DNA from: Gammaproteobacteria bacterium
GTDB taxonomy: Bacteria; Pseudomonadota; Gammaproteobacteria; UBA4575
Assembly (NCBI GenBank): GCA_045105815.1
Contig: JBGCDX010000001.1
Span: forward strand, 1 to 57,587
Reading direction: 5' to 3'
Length of the DNA stretch: 57,587 nt
The translations under genes and the position numbers were made by a program. This document shows positions 20,793 to 31,231 of this stretch, piece after piece (positions within the stretch are counted from its first letter, which is position 1; every line of letters begins with the position of its first letter). The notes under the pieces are model-generated. The model ran no database searches. It was given only the letters and a program-made list of their open reading frames with translations, and was not told the origin of the DNA.

Positions 20793-20976
20793 GTTGGTAA
20801 TTAATTAATTCAAATTATGTAGTGGTTATGATTTGTATGTATATAAGTATATTAGAAACTGTGCGTAACTCTATATCAAATGGTGGATTTCGCAAACTAC
20901 TTGCTGAACCAATAAATTTAGGTTCTGATACCCCGCTATTTATATAACTCACTAGAGCAGCGTTCATTGTAAGCAT

Positions 20977-23463
20977 ATGCCATTGTTTTTAAAGCTATTA
21001 CGACTAGTATTCATCGGAATTTTCGGGATCTCCGTCGCTGTAGGCATCATTGCGGTGGGTACATACCTTTATTTTGCTCCTGGCCTGCCTAGTGTTAGTA
21101 CACTGAAAGACGTGGAATTACAGGTGCCACTTAAGGTATTTAGTCGAGATGAAAAGCTGATAGCAGTATATGGAGAAAAGCGTCGTCAGCCGTTACAGAT
21201 CAAAGAGTACCCTCAGCCAGTCATTCAGGCATTCCTTGCTGCTGAAGATGACCGTTTTTATCAACATCCAGGGGTTGATTACCAGGGTTTGATTCGAGCG
21301 GCGATCGAAGTGCTTCGAACAGGTCAAAAACGTCAGGGCGGTAGTACCATCACTATGCAGCTTGCGAGAAACTTTTTTCTCGGTAATGAGCGTACTTATG
21401 TTCGTAAGCTACGCGAAATTTTCCTCGCTCTACAAATCGAACATGAGCTCAGCAAGGATGAAATTCTTGAATTGTATTTAAACAAAATTTACCTCGGAAA
21501 TCGTGCCTATGGTGTTGGCGCTTCATCAGATGTCTATTATGGCCTCAATGTAGATGAGCTATCAATTTCCCAGGTTGCAATGATTGCGGGTTTGCCAAAA
21601 GCACCTTCTCGATTTAATCCAATTATAAACCCAGATCGAGCATTGGTTAGGCGAAACTATGTTCTAGGTAGAATGCACCAGCTAGGTTTCATCGATAAAG
21701 AAACCTATCAAAATTCAGTTGAGGCTGAAGTAACGGCTTCACGCCATTACCCAAGGGTGGAGGTGGATGCACCTTATATAGGTGAGATGGTGCGCGCTTT
21801 TATCGTCGATAGTTTTGGTACTGAAGATGCTTATAATAAAGGCTATCGTGTATACACCACGGTAGATACACGTTTGCAGCAAGCCGCGAGGCAAGCATTA
21901 GTTAGCGGATTGCGTAATTACGATTTACGTCATGGTTATCGCGGTGCAGAGTCTAAAGTTGCATCTATTAATACTGTATCTGGCGAGATTGATATAGCAA
22001 AGCTTGATGAAACACTAAGTGAGTTACCAGAAGTGGGTGGTTTAATACCAGGTGTAATCACCGATATTAAAAAAGAATCTTTACAGGTCTATATTGGTGT
22101 GGATCGCAATATAGCCGTCACATTGGGAAGCGCCGCTTGGGCGCGTCCATACCTGAATGAAAATTCAATGGGTCAAGAGCCATCAGACTTTACAAAAATG
22201 TTCGCTCTTGGTGATGTGATTCGGGTCAGCACTGAAGATTCTAAGCAGTGGTCATTAGCACAAATTCCTAATGTCTCAGGAGCATTGGTTTCTGTAGATC
22301 CACATAATGGTGGAATCCTTGCGCTAGTAGGTGGGTTTGATTATTACTACAGTAAATTTAATCGTGCCATTCAAGCTAGGCGACAACCCGGGTCTAGTTT
22401 TAAGCCCTTCATTTATTCTGCTGCATTGGATTCTGGTTATACACCAGCCAGTATAATTAATGATGCTCCCGTAGTATTTGAAGATGTTGCGCTTGAAGAT
22501 ACTTGGCGGCCACAAAATTATAGCGGCAAGTTTTTTGGGCCAACACGTCTACGAGTTGCGTTATTTAAGTCACGCAATATGGTTTCAATTCGCTTGCTTA
22601 ATGACATGGGACGCAGGCATGCCATGCAACATGTAACCAAGTTTGGGTTTGACCAAGAACGTTTACCTTATGATTTAACCTTGGCACTTGGGTCTGGAGC
22701 GGTAACGCCACTTGAGTTGGCTAAAGGTTATTCTGTATTTGCCAATGGTGGTTATCAGATTGACCCTTACCTTATAGAACGAATTGAAGATGACAAAGGT
22801 GAAGTGTTGTTTAGTGCAGATTCATTAACGGTTTGTGAAACGGACTGTAAGCAGCTGCAGCAACAAATTAATAAACAAGAATCGGATAGAGTAGAAGCAA
22901 ATTTAAGCAAGACAAATTTACCATCTGGGTTGTCAGGCAGTCTTAGGGTTGCAGCCCGTGTCTTAGACCAAGAAAATGCTTATCAGATGGTAAGCATGAT
23001 GCAAGATGTTATCAAACGAGGTACCGCTACTAAAGCTAAGGCATTAGGAAGAAATGATCTGGCTGGCAAAACAGGCACAACAAACGAACAGCATGATGCA
23101 TGGTTTAGTGGATTCAATGGTGATGTAGTAGCAACGACTTGGGTAGGCTTTGACCAAGATAGACCGCTTGGTAAACGTGAAGTGGGTGGTACTGCAGCCT
23201 TACCAATATGGATGGATTACATGCGTGTTGCATTAGCGGATAAAGCAGAAAATTCACTGCAAGCACCGGCTGGAATAGTAACAATGCGAATTGATCCTAA
23301 AACAGGCTTGCTTGTTGATCAAGATAGTAACCAGGGTATAAACGAAACTTTCCGTGAGCAGTATATTCCAACGTCTAGTGTTGAGATCGATAATCAAATT
23401 ACTTTCCAGCAGCAAGATGGAGAGCCAGGGGAAGTGATCGAGATTCCGGAACAACTTTTCTAA
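20977..23463 (+). CDS. mrcA: Penicillin-binding protein 1A
   Basis: Transglycosylase EDDRF and GGSTITMQ; transpeptidase SSFK, SRN, KTG; divergent from pilM. Confidence 0.96.
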   Translation: MPLFLKLLRLVFIGIFGISVAVGIIAVGTYLYFAPGLPSVSTLKDVELQVPLKVFSRDEKLIAVYGEKRRQPLQIKEYPQPVIQAFLAAEDDRFYQHPGVDYQGLIRAAIEVLRTGQKRQGGSTITMQLARNFFLGNERTYVRKLREIFLALQIEHELSKDEILELYLNKIYLGNRAYGVGASSDVYYGLNVDELSISQVAMIAGLPKAPSRFNPIINPDRALVRRNYVLGRMHQLGFIDKETYQNSVEAEVTASRHYPRVEVDAPYIGEMVRAFIVDSFGTEDAYNKGYRVYTTVDTRLQQAARQALVSGLRNYDLRHGYRGAESKVASINTVSGEIDIAKLDETLSELPEVGGLIPGVITDIKKESLQVYIGVDRNIAVTLGSAAWARPYLNENSMGQEPSDFTKMFALGDVIRVSTEDSKQWSLAQIPNVSGALVSVDPHNGGILALVGGFDYYYSKFNRAIQARRQPGSSFKPFIYSAALDSGYTPASIINDAPVVFEDVALEDTWRPQNYSGKFFGPTRLRVALFKSRNMVSIRLLNDMGRRHAMQHVTKFGFDQERLPYDLTLALGSGAVTPLELAKGYSVFANGGYQIDPYLIERIEDDKGEVLFSADSLTVCETDCKQLQQQINKQESDRVEANLSKTNLPSGLSGSLRVAARVLDQENAYQMVSMMQDVIKRGTATKAKALGRNDLAGKTGTTNEQHDAWFSGFNGDVVATTWVGFDQDRPLGKREVGGTAALPIWMDYMRVALADKAENSLQAPAGIVTMRIDPKTGLLVDQDSNQGINETFREQYIPTSSVEIDNQITFQQQDGEPGEVIEIPEQLF

Positions 23464-23481
23464 ATCTTAATTTAAGCTTGT

Positions 23482-24111
23482 TTGTATCTGAAGGTGGGCC
23501 GTAATAAATCAGATTATTTAAGGCAATCGTTAGCCCATGAAACTGCCAAAATTATCGTTCAAGAAGGGCTTCGTGATTTCCATCGTGCTAAGTTAAAAGC
23601 TAGTGAAAGGCTGGGTAATTCACAACATGGCTCATTGCCAAGTAATTTCGAAATTGAGCAAGCCATTGCTTCATTCCAAAAAACTTTTATACCTAATCAA
23701 GAACAAAAACTATTAGCGCAACGTCAGATAGCATTAACCATTATGAAATGGTTGCATAAATATTCGCCATATCTAGTTGGCCCAGTGCTGGAAGGAACTG
23801 CTGGTGTTAATGCTGTTATTAGTATCCATGTTGCATGCGATACGGTTGAAAAGATAATCGATGAGCTCGGTGATAAAAAGATTAAGCTGAAATTGGCTGA
23901 GCGACGTTTAAAAATAAATAATGATTTCGCTTTTCTGCCAACGATTAGTTTTGAGTACCAAAACAATGAAATTGAAGTGTTGGTATTTAATTTACGTCAG
24001 CAACATCAGCAACCGAAGAGTAAAATTCAGAATCGAAGTATGCAGAGAACTAATTTAAAAGGTTTAGCTGAGTTGTTAAACGAATCCTTACTTAATGATA
24101 CTCAGGACTGA
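23482..24111 (+). CDS. Conserved hypothetical protein, possible degenerate nucleotidyltransferase fold
   Basis: AKLKA..LG...LPSN.EIE and [12 protein letters not shown] resemble the uncharacterised family found after mrcA. Start uncertain. Confidence 0.6.
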   Translation: MYLKVGRNKSDYLRQSLAHETAKIIVQEGLRDFHRAKLKASERLGNSQHGSLPSNFEIEQAIASFQKTFIPNQEQKLLAQRQIALTIMKWLHKYSPYLVGPVLEGTAGVNAVISIHVACDTVEKIIDELGDKKIKLKLAERRLKINNDFAFLPTISFEYQNNEIEVLVFNLRQQHQQPKSKIQNRSMQRTNLKGLAELLNESLLNDTQD

Positions 24112-25153
24112 GTTCTTTAACGGCTTCAACTAGCACAGTTACTTTTTCTGGATCAACATACTGTTGTATTCCATGACCTAGATTTAGTACATGGCCAGAG
24201 CCTTTGCCAAATTTATCGAGAACTTTTTTAACTTCATCTCGTATTACTTGATCACTGCCATAAAGAACGCAAGGATCTAAGTTTCCTTGTAATGCCACCT
24301 TATCACCTACTTGTGCGCGGGCAACGTTAATTTCGGTAGTCCAATCTAGCCCCAATGCATCACAGCCCGTGGCAGCCATTTCATTTAGCCAATTTCCGCC
24401 ACCTTTGGTAAATAATACAATTGGCACATCTTTGGCAGATGGAAGGCTTTTGAGGTCTTGTACAATTTTCTGCATAGGAGAAAGAGAATATTTCAGATAG
24501 CATTCTTTAGATAATACTCCGCCCCATGTATCAAAGATCATTACTGCTTGTGCACCAGCCTCTATTTGTGCAGCTAAATAGCTTGTGACGGATTTGCTTA
24601 AAACGTTCAAGAGTTTTTCTAAGGTATCAGGCTCCTTGTAGAGCATGCCTTTCACTTTGTGAAATTCTTTGCTGCCTTTGCCCTCAACCATGTAAGTGGC
24701 GAGTGTCCATGGGCTACCAGAGAACCCTATTAAGGGGACACGACCATTGAGTTCTTTGCGAATGAGGCTTACGGCATCGGTTACGTAACGGAGTTCATTT
24801 ATAGGTTCTAAGTGAGTTATTCGTTCTACATCAGCCATGTTGGCAATAGGAGACTTAAAACTTGGCCCTTCACCTTCACTAAACTGCAAGCCAAGTCCTA
24901 GCGCATCGGGAATGGTAAGAATATCAGAAAATAAGATGGCAGCATCTAAACCATATCGATCAAGTGGTTGCATAGTCACTTCACATGCTAATTCGGGTGT
25001 CTTGCATAAAGTTAAAAAATTACCTGCACGCTTTCGAGTCGCACGATATTCAGGAAGATAACGACCGGCTTGACGCATAATCCACATGGGTGTGCGTTCC
25101 ACTTCTTTTTTTAGTAGTGCGCGGATAAAAAGATCGTTTTTAAGAGCAGACAT
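24092..25153 (-). CDS. hemE: Uroporphyrinogen decarboxylase
   Basis: [28 protein letters not shown]. Confidence 0.98.
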   Translation of the reverse strand: MSALKNDLFIRALLKKEVERTPMWIMRQAGRYLPEYRATRKRAGNFLTLCKTPELACEVTMQPLDRYGLDAAILFSDILTIPDALGLGLQFSEGEGPSFKSPIANMADVERITHLEPINELRYVTDAVSLIRKELNGRVPLIGFSGSPWTLATYMVEGKGSKEFHKVKGMLYKEPDTLEKLLNVLSKSVTSYLAAQIEAGAQAVMIFDTWGGVLSKECYLKYSLSPMQKIVQDLKSLPSAKDVPIVLFTKGGGNWLNEMAATGCDALGLDWTTEINVARAQVGDKVALQGNLDPCVLYGSDQVIRDEVKKVLDKFGKGSGHVLNLGHGIQQYVDPEKVTVLVEAVKELSPEYH

Positions 25154-25389
25154 AATGCAGGAAACCTATTTGGTTTAAACTGAGTATATTCTCAGTAAGA
25201 GTAATTTAAGAAAGTTAAGCCTATATGATGTAACCAGTGCAATTTAACAAGCTTACAATATTTATGTTATATAAAGAATTAATGTTAATTGAATAGCCGT
25301 TAAACGGTGTTTAAAGCTAGCTTGACTTACGAGGTCTGAAAGTCTAATTCAGTATTAGCAACTGCCAATATGCGATTGGTCTTTAACGA

Positions 25390-25836
25390 TTAAGCTAGAG
25401 CTGATTTAATTTTTGCACTGACAGCACCCATATCTGCACGACCGGCAAGTTGAGGTTTTAGAATTCCCATGACTTTGCCCATGTCCTTAATACTGGATGC
25501 TCCACTCTTAGTCATTGCTGCAGAAATTAAATTATCAATTTCATCTTCAGAAAGTGCGGCAGGCAGGTATTCGCTAATAACGACTAATTCTTGTTTTTCT
25601 TTGTCTACTAAGTCTTGTCTGCCAGCTTTCTCAAACTGACTAATAGATTCTCTACGTTGTTTTTGCATTTTAGTCAGTGATGCAATGATATCGTTATCAC
25701 TTTGTTCTTCACGTGTGTCTACTTCTTGTTGCTTAACAGCAGAAAGAATTAAGCGAATAGTTTGCAAGCGCTCCTTATCTCCGCCACGCATAGCGGTCTT
25801 CATGTCTTCTGTCAGCTTAGCTTTTAGATCAGACAC
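25390..25836 (-). CDS. yqeY: GatB/YqeY domain protein
   Basis: KQRRESISQF..AGRQDL, KDMGKVMG; immediately downstream of rpsU. Confidence 0.93.
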   Translation of the reverse strand: MSDLKAKLTEDMKTAMRGGDKERLQTIRLILSAVKQQEVDTREEQSDNDIIASLTKMQKQRRESISQFEKAGRQDLVDKEKQELVVISEYLPAALSEDEIDNLISAAMTKSGASSIKDMGKVMGILKPQLAGRADMGAVSAKIKSALA

Positions 25837-25859
25837 CTGGAGGTGTTTAAAAATAGAAT

Positions 25860-26075
25860 TTAGTAAAGGCGGCGGCGGCGCAAACTGGTGCGTGATACAC
25901 GCTTTGCGTTACGTTTTACGGCTGCAGCTGCTTTACGCTTGCGAATTTCGGTAGGTTTTTCATAAGCCTCACGACGACGAACTTCAGTGACTGTTCCAGC
26001 TTTTTCGCAAGATCGACGAAAACGTCGCAATGCGAAATCAAAGGGCTCGTTTTCTTTTACTCGTACACCAGGCAT
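25860..26075 (-). CDS. rpsU: 30S ribosomal protein S21
   Basis: [27 protein letters not shown]...YEKPT. Confidence 0.98.
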   Translation of the reverse strand: MPGVRVKENEPFDFALRRFRRSCEKAGTVTEVRRREAYEKPTEIRKRKAAAAVKRNAKRVSRTSLRRRRLY

Positions 26076-26112
26076 ATGATTAATGAAATTACTTTATTAA
26101 AAATGAGCCGCG

Positions 26113-26140
26113 ATTATACAGTTGGGGTTGTGAATATCAA
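26113..26140 (-). promoter_or_regulatory. Sigma-70 promoter of rpsU
   Basis: TTGATA-16 nt-TATAAT followed by GC-rich discriminator CGCGGC. Confidence 0.65.
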
Positions 26141-26228
26141 ATTACTAGACTGGATATAAGGCCTTATCTTAAATATCTACCTAATCTGATGATATACCTG
26201 GGTGGCTAAATAGCGTGATAATGCTGCT

Positions 26229-27266
26229 ATGCGAGTACTTGGGATAGAAAGCTCTTGTGATGAGACAGCGGTAGCGATTATCAGTGAATCAGATGGTTTG
26301 CTTGCGAATAAGCTCTATTCTCAAATTGAGCTGCACAGTCCTTATGGCGGAGTGGTGCCTGAATTAGCTTCTCGAGACCACATTCGTAAGCTTGGCCCGT
26401 TGGTTCATGAAACCTTAGCAGAGGCCAAGCTGGAGTTTGCAGAAATTGATGCGATTGCGTATACCTCCGGTCCTGGGTTGATGGGTGCATTAATGGTTGG
26501 TGCAGGGTTTGCGCGAAGCTTAGCGTGGTCGATCGATAAGCCTGCTATATCAATTCACCACATGGAAGCGCACTTATTAGCACCTCTAATCGAAAATATT
26601 TCTCCTAATTTCCCTTATGTGGCGTTACTGGTTTCGGGTGGGCATACCCTGTTAGTGAAAATTGATGCATTAGGCCAGTACAGCATATTGGGCGAAAGTA
26701 TTGATGATGCGGTGGGCGAGGCGTTTGATAAAACTGCGCAGTTACTTGGCCTAGCTTACCCAGGAGGGCCTCAAATCGCGAAATTGGCAATACAGGGAAA
26801 TTCAAAGCGTTTTAACTTTCCGCGTCCAATGACGGATAGACCAGGGCTGGATTTTAGCTTTAGTGGTTTGAAGACACATGTGTTGAATACATTAAAAGGA
26901 CTGCAAAAGAATCAATCATCAATTGATGATCAAACGCGTGCGGATGTGGCCTGTGCGTTTGAAGATGCAGCGGTAGAAACGCTAGTTATCAAATCATTAC
27001 GTGCTTTAGAGCAAAGTGACGCAAATACCTTGGTGGTTGCAGGTGGTGTGGGTGCAAATAAAAAATTACGTCAGCAACTAAAAGAAAATTTGGCTAAGCG
27101 AGGAATGGAAGTATTTTATCCTGCCCCAGAATTTTGCACGGATAATGCAGCGATGGTAGCGCAACTTGGCTTACTGAAATTAGCTGAGCTACGTTTGCAG
27201 GAGGATGTCCAGAATCAAGACCTGCAAATACAAGTGCAGCCTAGATGGTCATTAGAAGCTATTTAG
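26229..27266 (+). CDS. tsaD: tRNA N6-threonylcarbamoyltransferase TsaD
   Basis: [36 protein letters not shown]. Confidence 0.98.
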   Translation: MRVLGIESSCDETAVAIISESDGLLANKLYSQIELHSPYGGVVPELASRDHIRKLGPLVHETLAEAKLEFAEIDAIAYTSGPGLMGALMVGAGFARSLAWSIDKPAISIHHMEAHLLAPLIENISPNFPYVALLVSGGHTLLVKIDALGQYSILGESIDDAVGEAFDKTAQLLGLAYPGGPQIAKLAIQGNSKRFNFPRPMTDRPGLDFSFSGLKTHVLNTLKGLQKNQSSIDDQTRADVACAFEDAAVETLVIKSLRALEQSDANTLVVAGGVGANKKLRQQLKENLAKRGMEVFYPAPEFCTDNAAMVAQLGLLKLAELRLQEDVQNQDLQIQVQPRWSLEAI

Positions 27267-27873
27267 GTATTTGCTTTGATTTGCCGAGTTTAGATTCGGT
27301 GCCGTTCAATAGTTTTTGAGCATTGCTGCGGTGTCTCCAAAAAACAAATACGGTGATGATTGCCATGGAGATAAATAACCAAACATTATCTGTCCAAAAC
27401 CAGCTAATAATTGAAATTAGTAGCGTGGCAATTAAGGCAGAAAGAGAAGAATAACGAAATGCTAGTGCAGTGAGTAACCAAAGCACAATCCATATACCGC
27501 CCAGTAACCAATCAAATCCAAGTAGTACACCTAACGTTGTTGCGACGCCTTTGCCTCCTTTGAAGCCGTAATAAAGTGGATACATATGTCCAAGTAACGC
27601 TGCAATCCCGCTGACGGCAACAAGTGGAGCGTTAGCCGTAAGTAAGTCGACTGCGAGTACGGGAAGTAAGCCTTTTAGTAAGTCACCTGCTAAAGTAATT
27701 ACGGCAGCGGTTTTATTACCGGTGCGCAAAACGTTGGTTGCCCCGGGATTGCCTGAGCCTAGTGTTCTAGGGTCGGGTAAACTGAATGCTTTGCTTACAA
27801 TGATAGCGCTATTGATCGAACCGAGTAGATACGCTACTACCACCATAAGTATTTGAATTGGAAGATTGTCCAT
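27259..27873 (-). CDS. plsY: Glycerol-3-phosphate acyltransferase PlsY
   Basis: [29 protein letters not shown]. Start moved to ATG 27873 because the longer ORF overlaps bioH. Confidence 0.96.
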   Translation of the reverse strand: MDNLPIQILMVVVAYLLGSINSAIIVSKAFSLPDPRTLGSGNPGATNVLRTGNKTAAVITLAGDLLKGLLPVLAVDLLTANAPLVAVSGIAALLGHMYPLYYGFKGGKGVATTLGVLLGFDWLLGGIWIVLWLLTALAFRYSSLSALIATLLISIISWFWTDNVWLFISMAIITVFVFWRHRSNAQKLLNGTESKLGKSKQIPK

Positions 27874-27880
27874 CAATACG

Positions 27881-28699
27881 ATGTCCACACTACATGTTTC
27901 AAAATATGGCCGAGCAGGTAACGGGCCGGAATTGGTATTGTTGCATGGATGGGGTTCAAGTTCGAAAATTTGGCAGCCTTGCATTGCCCGGCTTGCGGAA
28001 GAGCTACATGTTTGGTGTGTAGATCTACCGGGGCATGGTAAAAGTCATGACATAATTTGGGACAGGAGCGTCGGTCAGGGGTTGACGTTATTGGCTAATG
28101 CGCTTCCGCAACGTTGCGTGTTAATTGGTTGGTCATTGGGTGGATTGTTAGCTCAGTTATATGTAAATCAGTATCCTGAGCGAGTGCAAAGTCTGATGTT
28201 AATTGGTAGTACTCCAAAATTCGTATCAGCAAAAGATTGGCTGCATGCGATGCAAATTAGTACTTTTCAGCAATTTGTAAAACAGTACGATGCTTCGCCA
28301 CAAGAGACGTTGAAGAAATTTATTGCATTACAGGTTTTACATGGAAAGTCATTAAAACCAATAATGCTAAATCTAGAACAAGCATCGATCGGTCAGCAAG
28401 CAGATCTAAATTTATGCAATATTCGCTGGGGCCTAGATTGGTTATTAAAGATTGATTTGCGTGAAACATTCGCATCGCTAGGGCTACCAGTAATTTTATT
28501 TCATGGAGTAAATGATCAGGTTTCACCAATTTGTGCTGCGGAGCAAGCCGCTGATCTTTGTAAGTTGGCGCAGTTATTTAAAGTAACTCGAGCAGGCCAC
28601 GTACCATTTTTATCGCATTCTGAACAGTTTATAGATCAAGTGAAACTGATGTATGCCAAGTTATCGAGCCCATCTACTGGGTCTATTGAAAGAGTTTAA
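27881..28699 (+). CDS. bioH: Pimeloyl-ACP methyl ester esterase BioH
   Basis: LLHGWG, VDLPGHG, GWSLGG, GHVPFLSH; adjacent to bioC. Confidence 0.88.
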   Translation: MSTLHVSKYGRAGNGPELVLLHGWGSSSKIWQPCIARLAEELHVWCVDLPGHGKSHDIIWDRSVGQGLTLLANALPQRCVLIGWSLGGLLAQLYVNQYPERVQSLMLIGSTPKFVSAKDWLHAMQISTFQQFVKQYDASPQETLKKFIALQVLHGKSLKPIMLNLEQASIGQQADLNLCNIRWGLDWLLKIDLRETFASLGLPVILFHGVNDQVSPICAAEQAADLCKLAQLFKVTRAGHVPFLSHSEQFIDQVKLMYAKLSSPSTGSIERV

Positions 28700-29562
28700 T
28701 GTTAAATAAACAACTAATAAGTAAAGATTTTTCGAATGCGGCAGATACTTATGATGCTGCCGCTATTGTTCAGCAAGAAATTTGTAATCGTGCAATAGAG
28801 CGATTGCAAATGTTGAGAGTAGACCCAAAGACTATTTTAGATATTGGCTCAGGTACAGGTAAAAGCACTCGAGGACTACAAAAGCAGTTTCCTGATGCCT
28901 ATGTAATCGCTAGTGATATTGCTTTACCTATGTTGACGCAGTTGAATCAAATGCAACCGCCCTTACAACAAGTTGCTTCGACTGTATGTTGTGATGCTGA
29001 ACAAATATCGGTTAAAGATGAATCAGTCGACTTAGTCTTCTCGACCTCAACCTTTCAATGGTGCGAAAACCTTCAGCATGTGTTTGCTGAGTGTTGGCGA
29101 GTCTTAAAGCCTGATGGTGTTCTGGTGTTTAGCACTTTTGGGCCGGATACGTTGTTAGAATTGCGTCAAAGTTGGGCACAAGTTGATCAACAAATGCATG
29201 TGCATAATTTTTTAGATATGCATCATGTAGGAGATTTGTTATTAGCGAGTCATTACGGTGACCCTGTGGTGGACATGGAGGTAATTACTATTGAGTATCA
29301 AAAATCTCGGCAGTTATTGCGCGATTTAAAAGATACAGGGAGTCGTGGTAAATTCGTTGGTGAGGGGTTGTCTGGTGGCTTAATGGGTAAAGGTAAATTT
29401 CAGCAATTCGAAGCTGCTTATGAAAAATACCGACAAAAAAATGGCCTATTGCCTGCAAGTTATGAAGTAATTTATGGTTATGCACGTAAATCAGTGACAA
29501 ACATAAAACAAACGACTGCAGGAGAAGCTGAAATATATATACCTATTGATGCAATTAAATAG
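28699..29562 (+). CDS. bioC: Malonyl-ACP O-methyltransferase BioC
   Basis: FSNAADTYD, LDIGSGTG, STFGPDTLLELR; TAATG coupling to bioH. Confidence 0.93.
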   Translation: MLNKQLISKDFSNAADTYDAAAIVQQEICNRAIERLQMLRVDPKTILDIGSGTGKSTRGLQKQFPDAYVIASDIALPMLTQLNQMQPPLQQVASTVCCDAEQISVKDESVDLVFSTSTFQWCENLQHVFAECWRVLKPDGVLVFSTFGPDTLLELRQSWAQVDQQMHVHNFLDMHHVGDLLLASHYGDPVVDMEVITIEYQKSRQLLRDLKDTGSRGKFVGEGLSGGLMGKGKFQQFEAAYEKYRQKNGLLPASYEVIYGYARKSVTNIKQTTAGEAEIYIPIDAIK

Positions 29563-29770
29563 TCACGGTAATTATATTACTGATAACCATTATTTATGCC
29601 AATATAAGACATAAATTTTGTAGAGGACAACTATCCCAATTGCCCTGCATGGGTGGGAATGACATTTTCTAATGGAGGGATACAATTACACGCAATAATA
29701 TTGCCTAATATATTAGTATCTAACCCCCGGCATTGCTGGATTTGGGTTTGCGAAATAAGGCATTTATACT

Positions 29771-30256
29771 TTGGCCACAATTACTGATATAGATCATGAA
29801 CTATCTGCACCAATGCGATTTATAGTTCGACGTAATCAATCCTTATCTTGGCGTGGCAATAAGCTTTTTATTTATTTTATGGCCGCAATATCATTTGCTA
29901 TAGCAGGCATGTTTGCTTTAAAAGGGGCATGGTTAATTTTGCCTTTTGCGGGATTAGAAATATTAGCGCTTTCGGCTGGTTTATATGTATGCAACTTGCA
30001 TGGTCGAGATCAAGAAGTCGTCACAATAGAAGACGATTTAGTTAGAGTAGAAAAGGGAAGGAAAAAGCCTAGTGAAGTATGGCAATTTGAACGGGCTTGG
30101 GTAAATTTGGAGCTAGTAAACTCACCGTTACAAGGCCATCCTAGTAAATTGCTCATACGCTCAAAAGGCAAAGAAACGGAAATAGGGAAATGTTTAACTG
30201 ATGGTGAGCGGAAAAGTTTGTCTGACTCATTAGTGAAAGCACTTCACAATACTTAA
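29771..30256 (+). CDS. DUF2244-like membrane protein
   Basis: RNQSLS, GAWLILPFAGLE, EIGKCL..ER; found upstream of coxB. Confidence 0.8.
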   Translation: MATITDIDHELSAPMRFIVRRNQSLSWRGNKLFIYFMAAISFAIAGMFALKGAWLILPFAGLEILALSAGLYVCNLHGRDQEVVTIEDDLVRVEKGRKKPSEVWQFERAWVNLELVNSPLQGHPSKLLIRSKGKETEIGKCLTDGERKSLSDSLVKALHNT

Positions 30257-30288
30257 TACATAATTAGTTTTTTGGCAGGTAAATATTA

Positions 30289-31152
30289 ATGAAACAAAAA
30301 TACTTCATGCGTTCAGTTAGCTCATTATTAGGTTTGATGACAATGGTTTCTCAAAATGTCTGGGCAGATATTCAGCCATACAATATGACTGAGGGTGTCT
30401 CGGATATAAGTAAGCAGGTATTTGGTCTTCATATGCTGATTTTTTACATTTGTTGTGTAATTGGCGTATTAGTATTTGGTGCTATGGCGATCTCAATTTA
30501 TAGAGATCGAAAATCTAAAGGTGTTACTGCTGCAAAGTTTCATGAAAGTACGTCGTTGGAATTTTTATGGACTGCCGTGCCATTTGTTATTTTAATTGGT
30601 ATCTCTATCCCCTCAGCAAAAGTACTCATAGCTATGGAAGACACCAGTGGTGCGGAAATGACTATCAAGGTAACGGGTTATCAATGGATGTGGCGTTACG
30701 AGTATGTCGACAGTGACATCGATTTCTACAGTATTTTAAAAACACCGCGTGATGAAATTTATAATAAAGCTGAGAAGAATGAGAATTATTTATTGGAAGT
30801 TGATAACCAGTTAGTGCTTCCAACCAATCGAAAAATTCGCATATTACTTACGGCAAGTGATGTGTTGCATGCTTGGTGGGTACCAGATTTAGCACTGAAG
30901 AAAGATGCTATACCTGGCTACATTAATCAAATGTGGACGGTAATCGAAGAGCCGGGCATTTACCGAGGCCAATGTGCCGAACTGTGTGGCCGTGACCATG
31001 GCTTTATGCCAATCGTAGTGCGCGCACTTCCACCTGAAGAATATGATCAATGGGTGTTGGACCAGGAAAATAAAAACATGGCGAGTGCTAGTAAGTCCAT
31101 CGATAAGAAAGTTGTAGCGGTGGCTGACACGCAAGCAGCTCTAAGCAATTAA
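30289..31152 (+). CDS. coxB: Cytochrome c oxidase subunit II
   Basis: GYQWMWRY, DVLHAW, CuA motif CAELCGRDHGFM. Confidence 0.97.
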   Translation: MKQKYFMRSVSSLLGLMTMVSQNVWADIQPYNMTEGVSDISKQVFGLHMLIFYICCVIGVLVFGAMAISIYRDRKSKGVTAAKFHESTSLEFLWTAVPFVILIGISIPSAKVLIAMEDTSGAEMTIKVTGYQWMWRYEYVDSDIDFYSILKTPRDEIYNKAEKNENYLLEVDNQLVLPTNRKIRILLTASDVLHAWWVPDLALKKDAIPGYINQMWTVIEEPGIYRGQCAELCGRDHGFMPIVVRALPPEEYDQWVLDQENKNMASASKSIDKKVVAVADTQAALSN

Positions 31153-31231
31153 CAGGGTACATAATTCGTTTTATTAGTTAACTTTTATAGTTAGTTAAAT
31201 TGTAAAGATTTTATATTTAGGAGTTTTATAT

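Noticed and set aside
27874-27984. N-terminal extension of PlsY in the ORF track
   Set aside because: It overlaps bioH on the opposite strand and is not PlsY-like.
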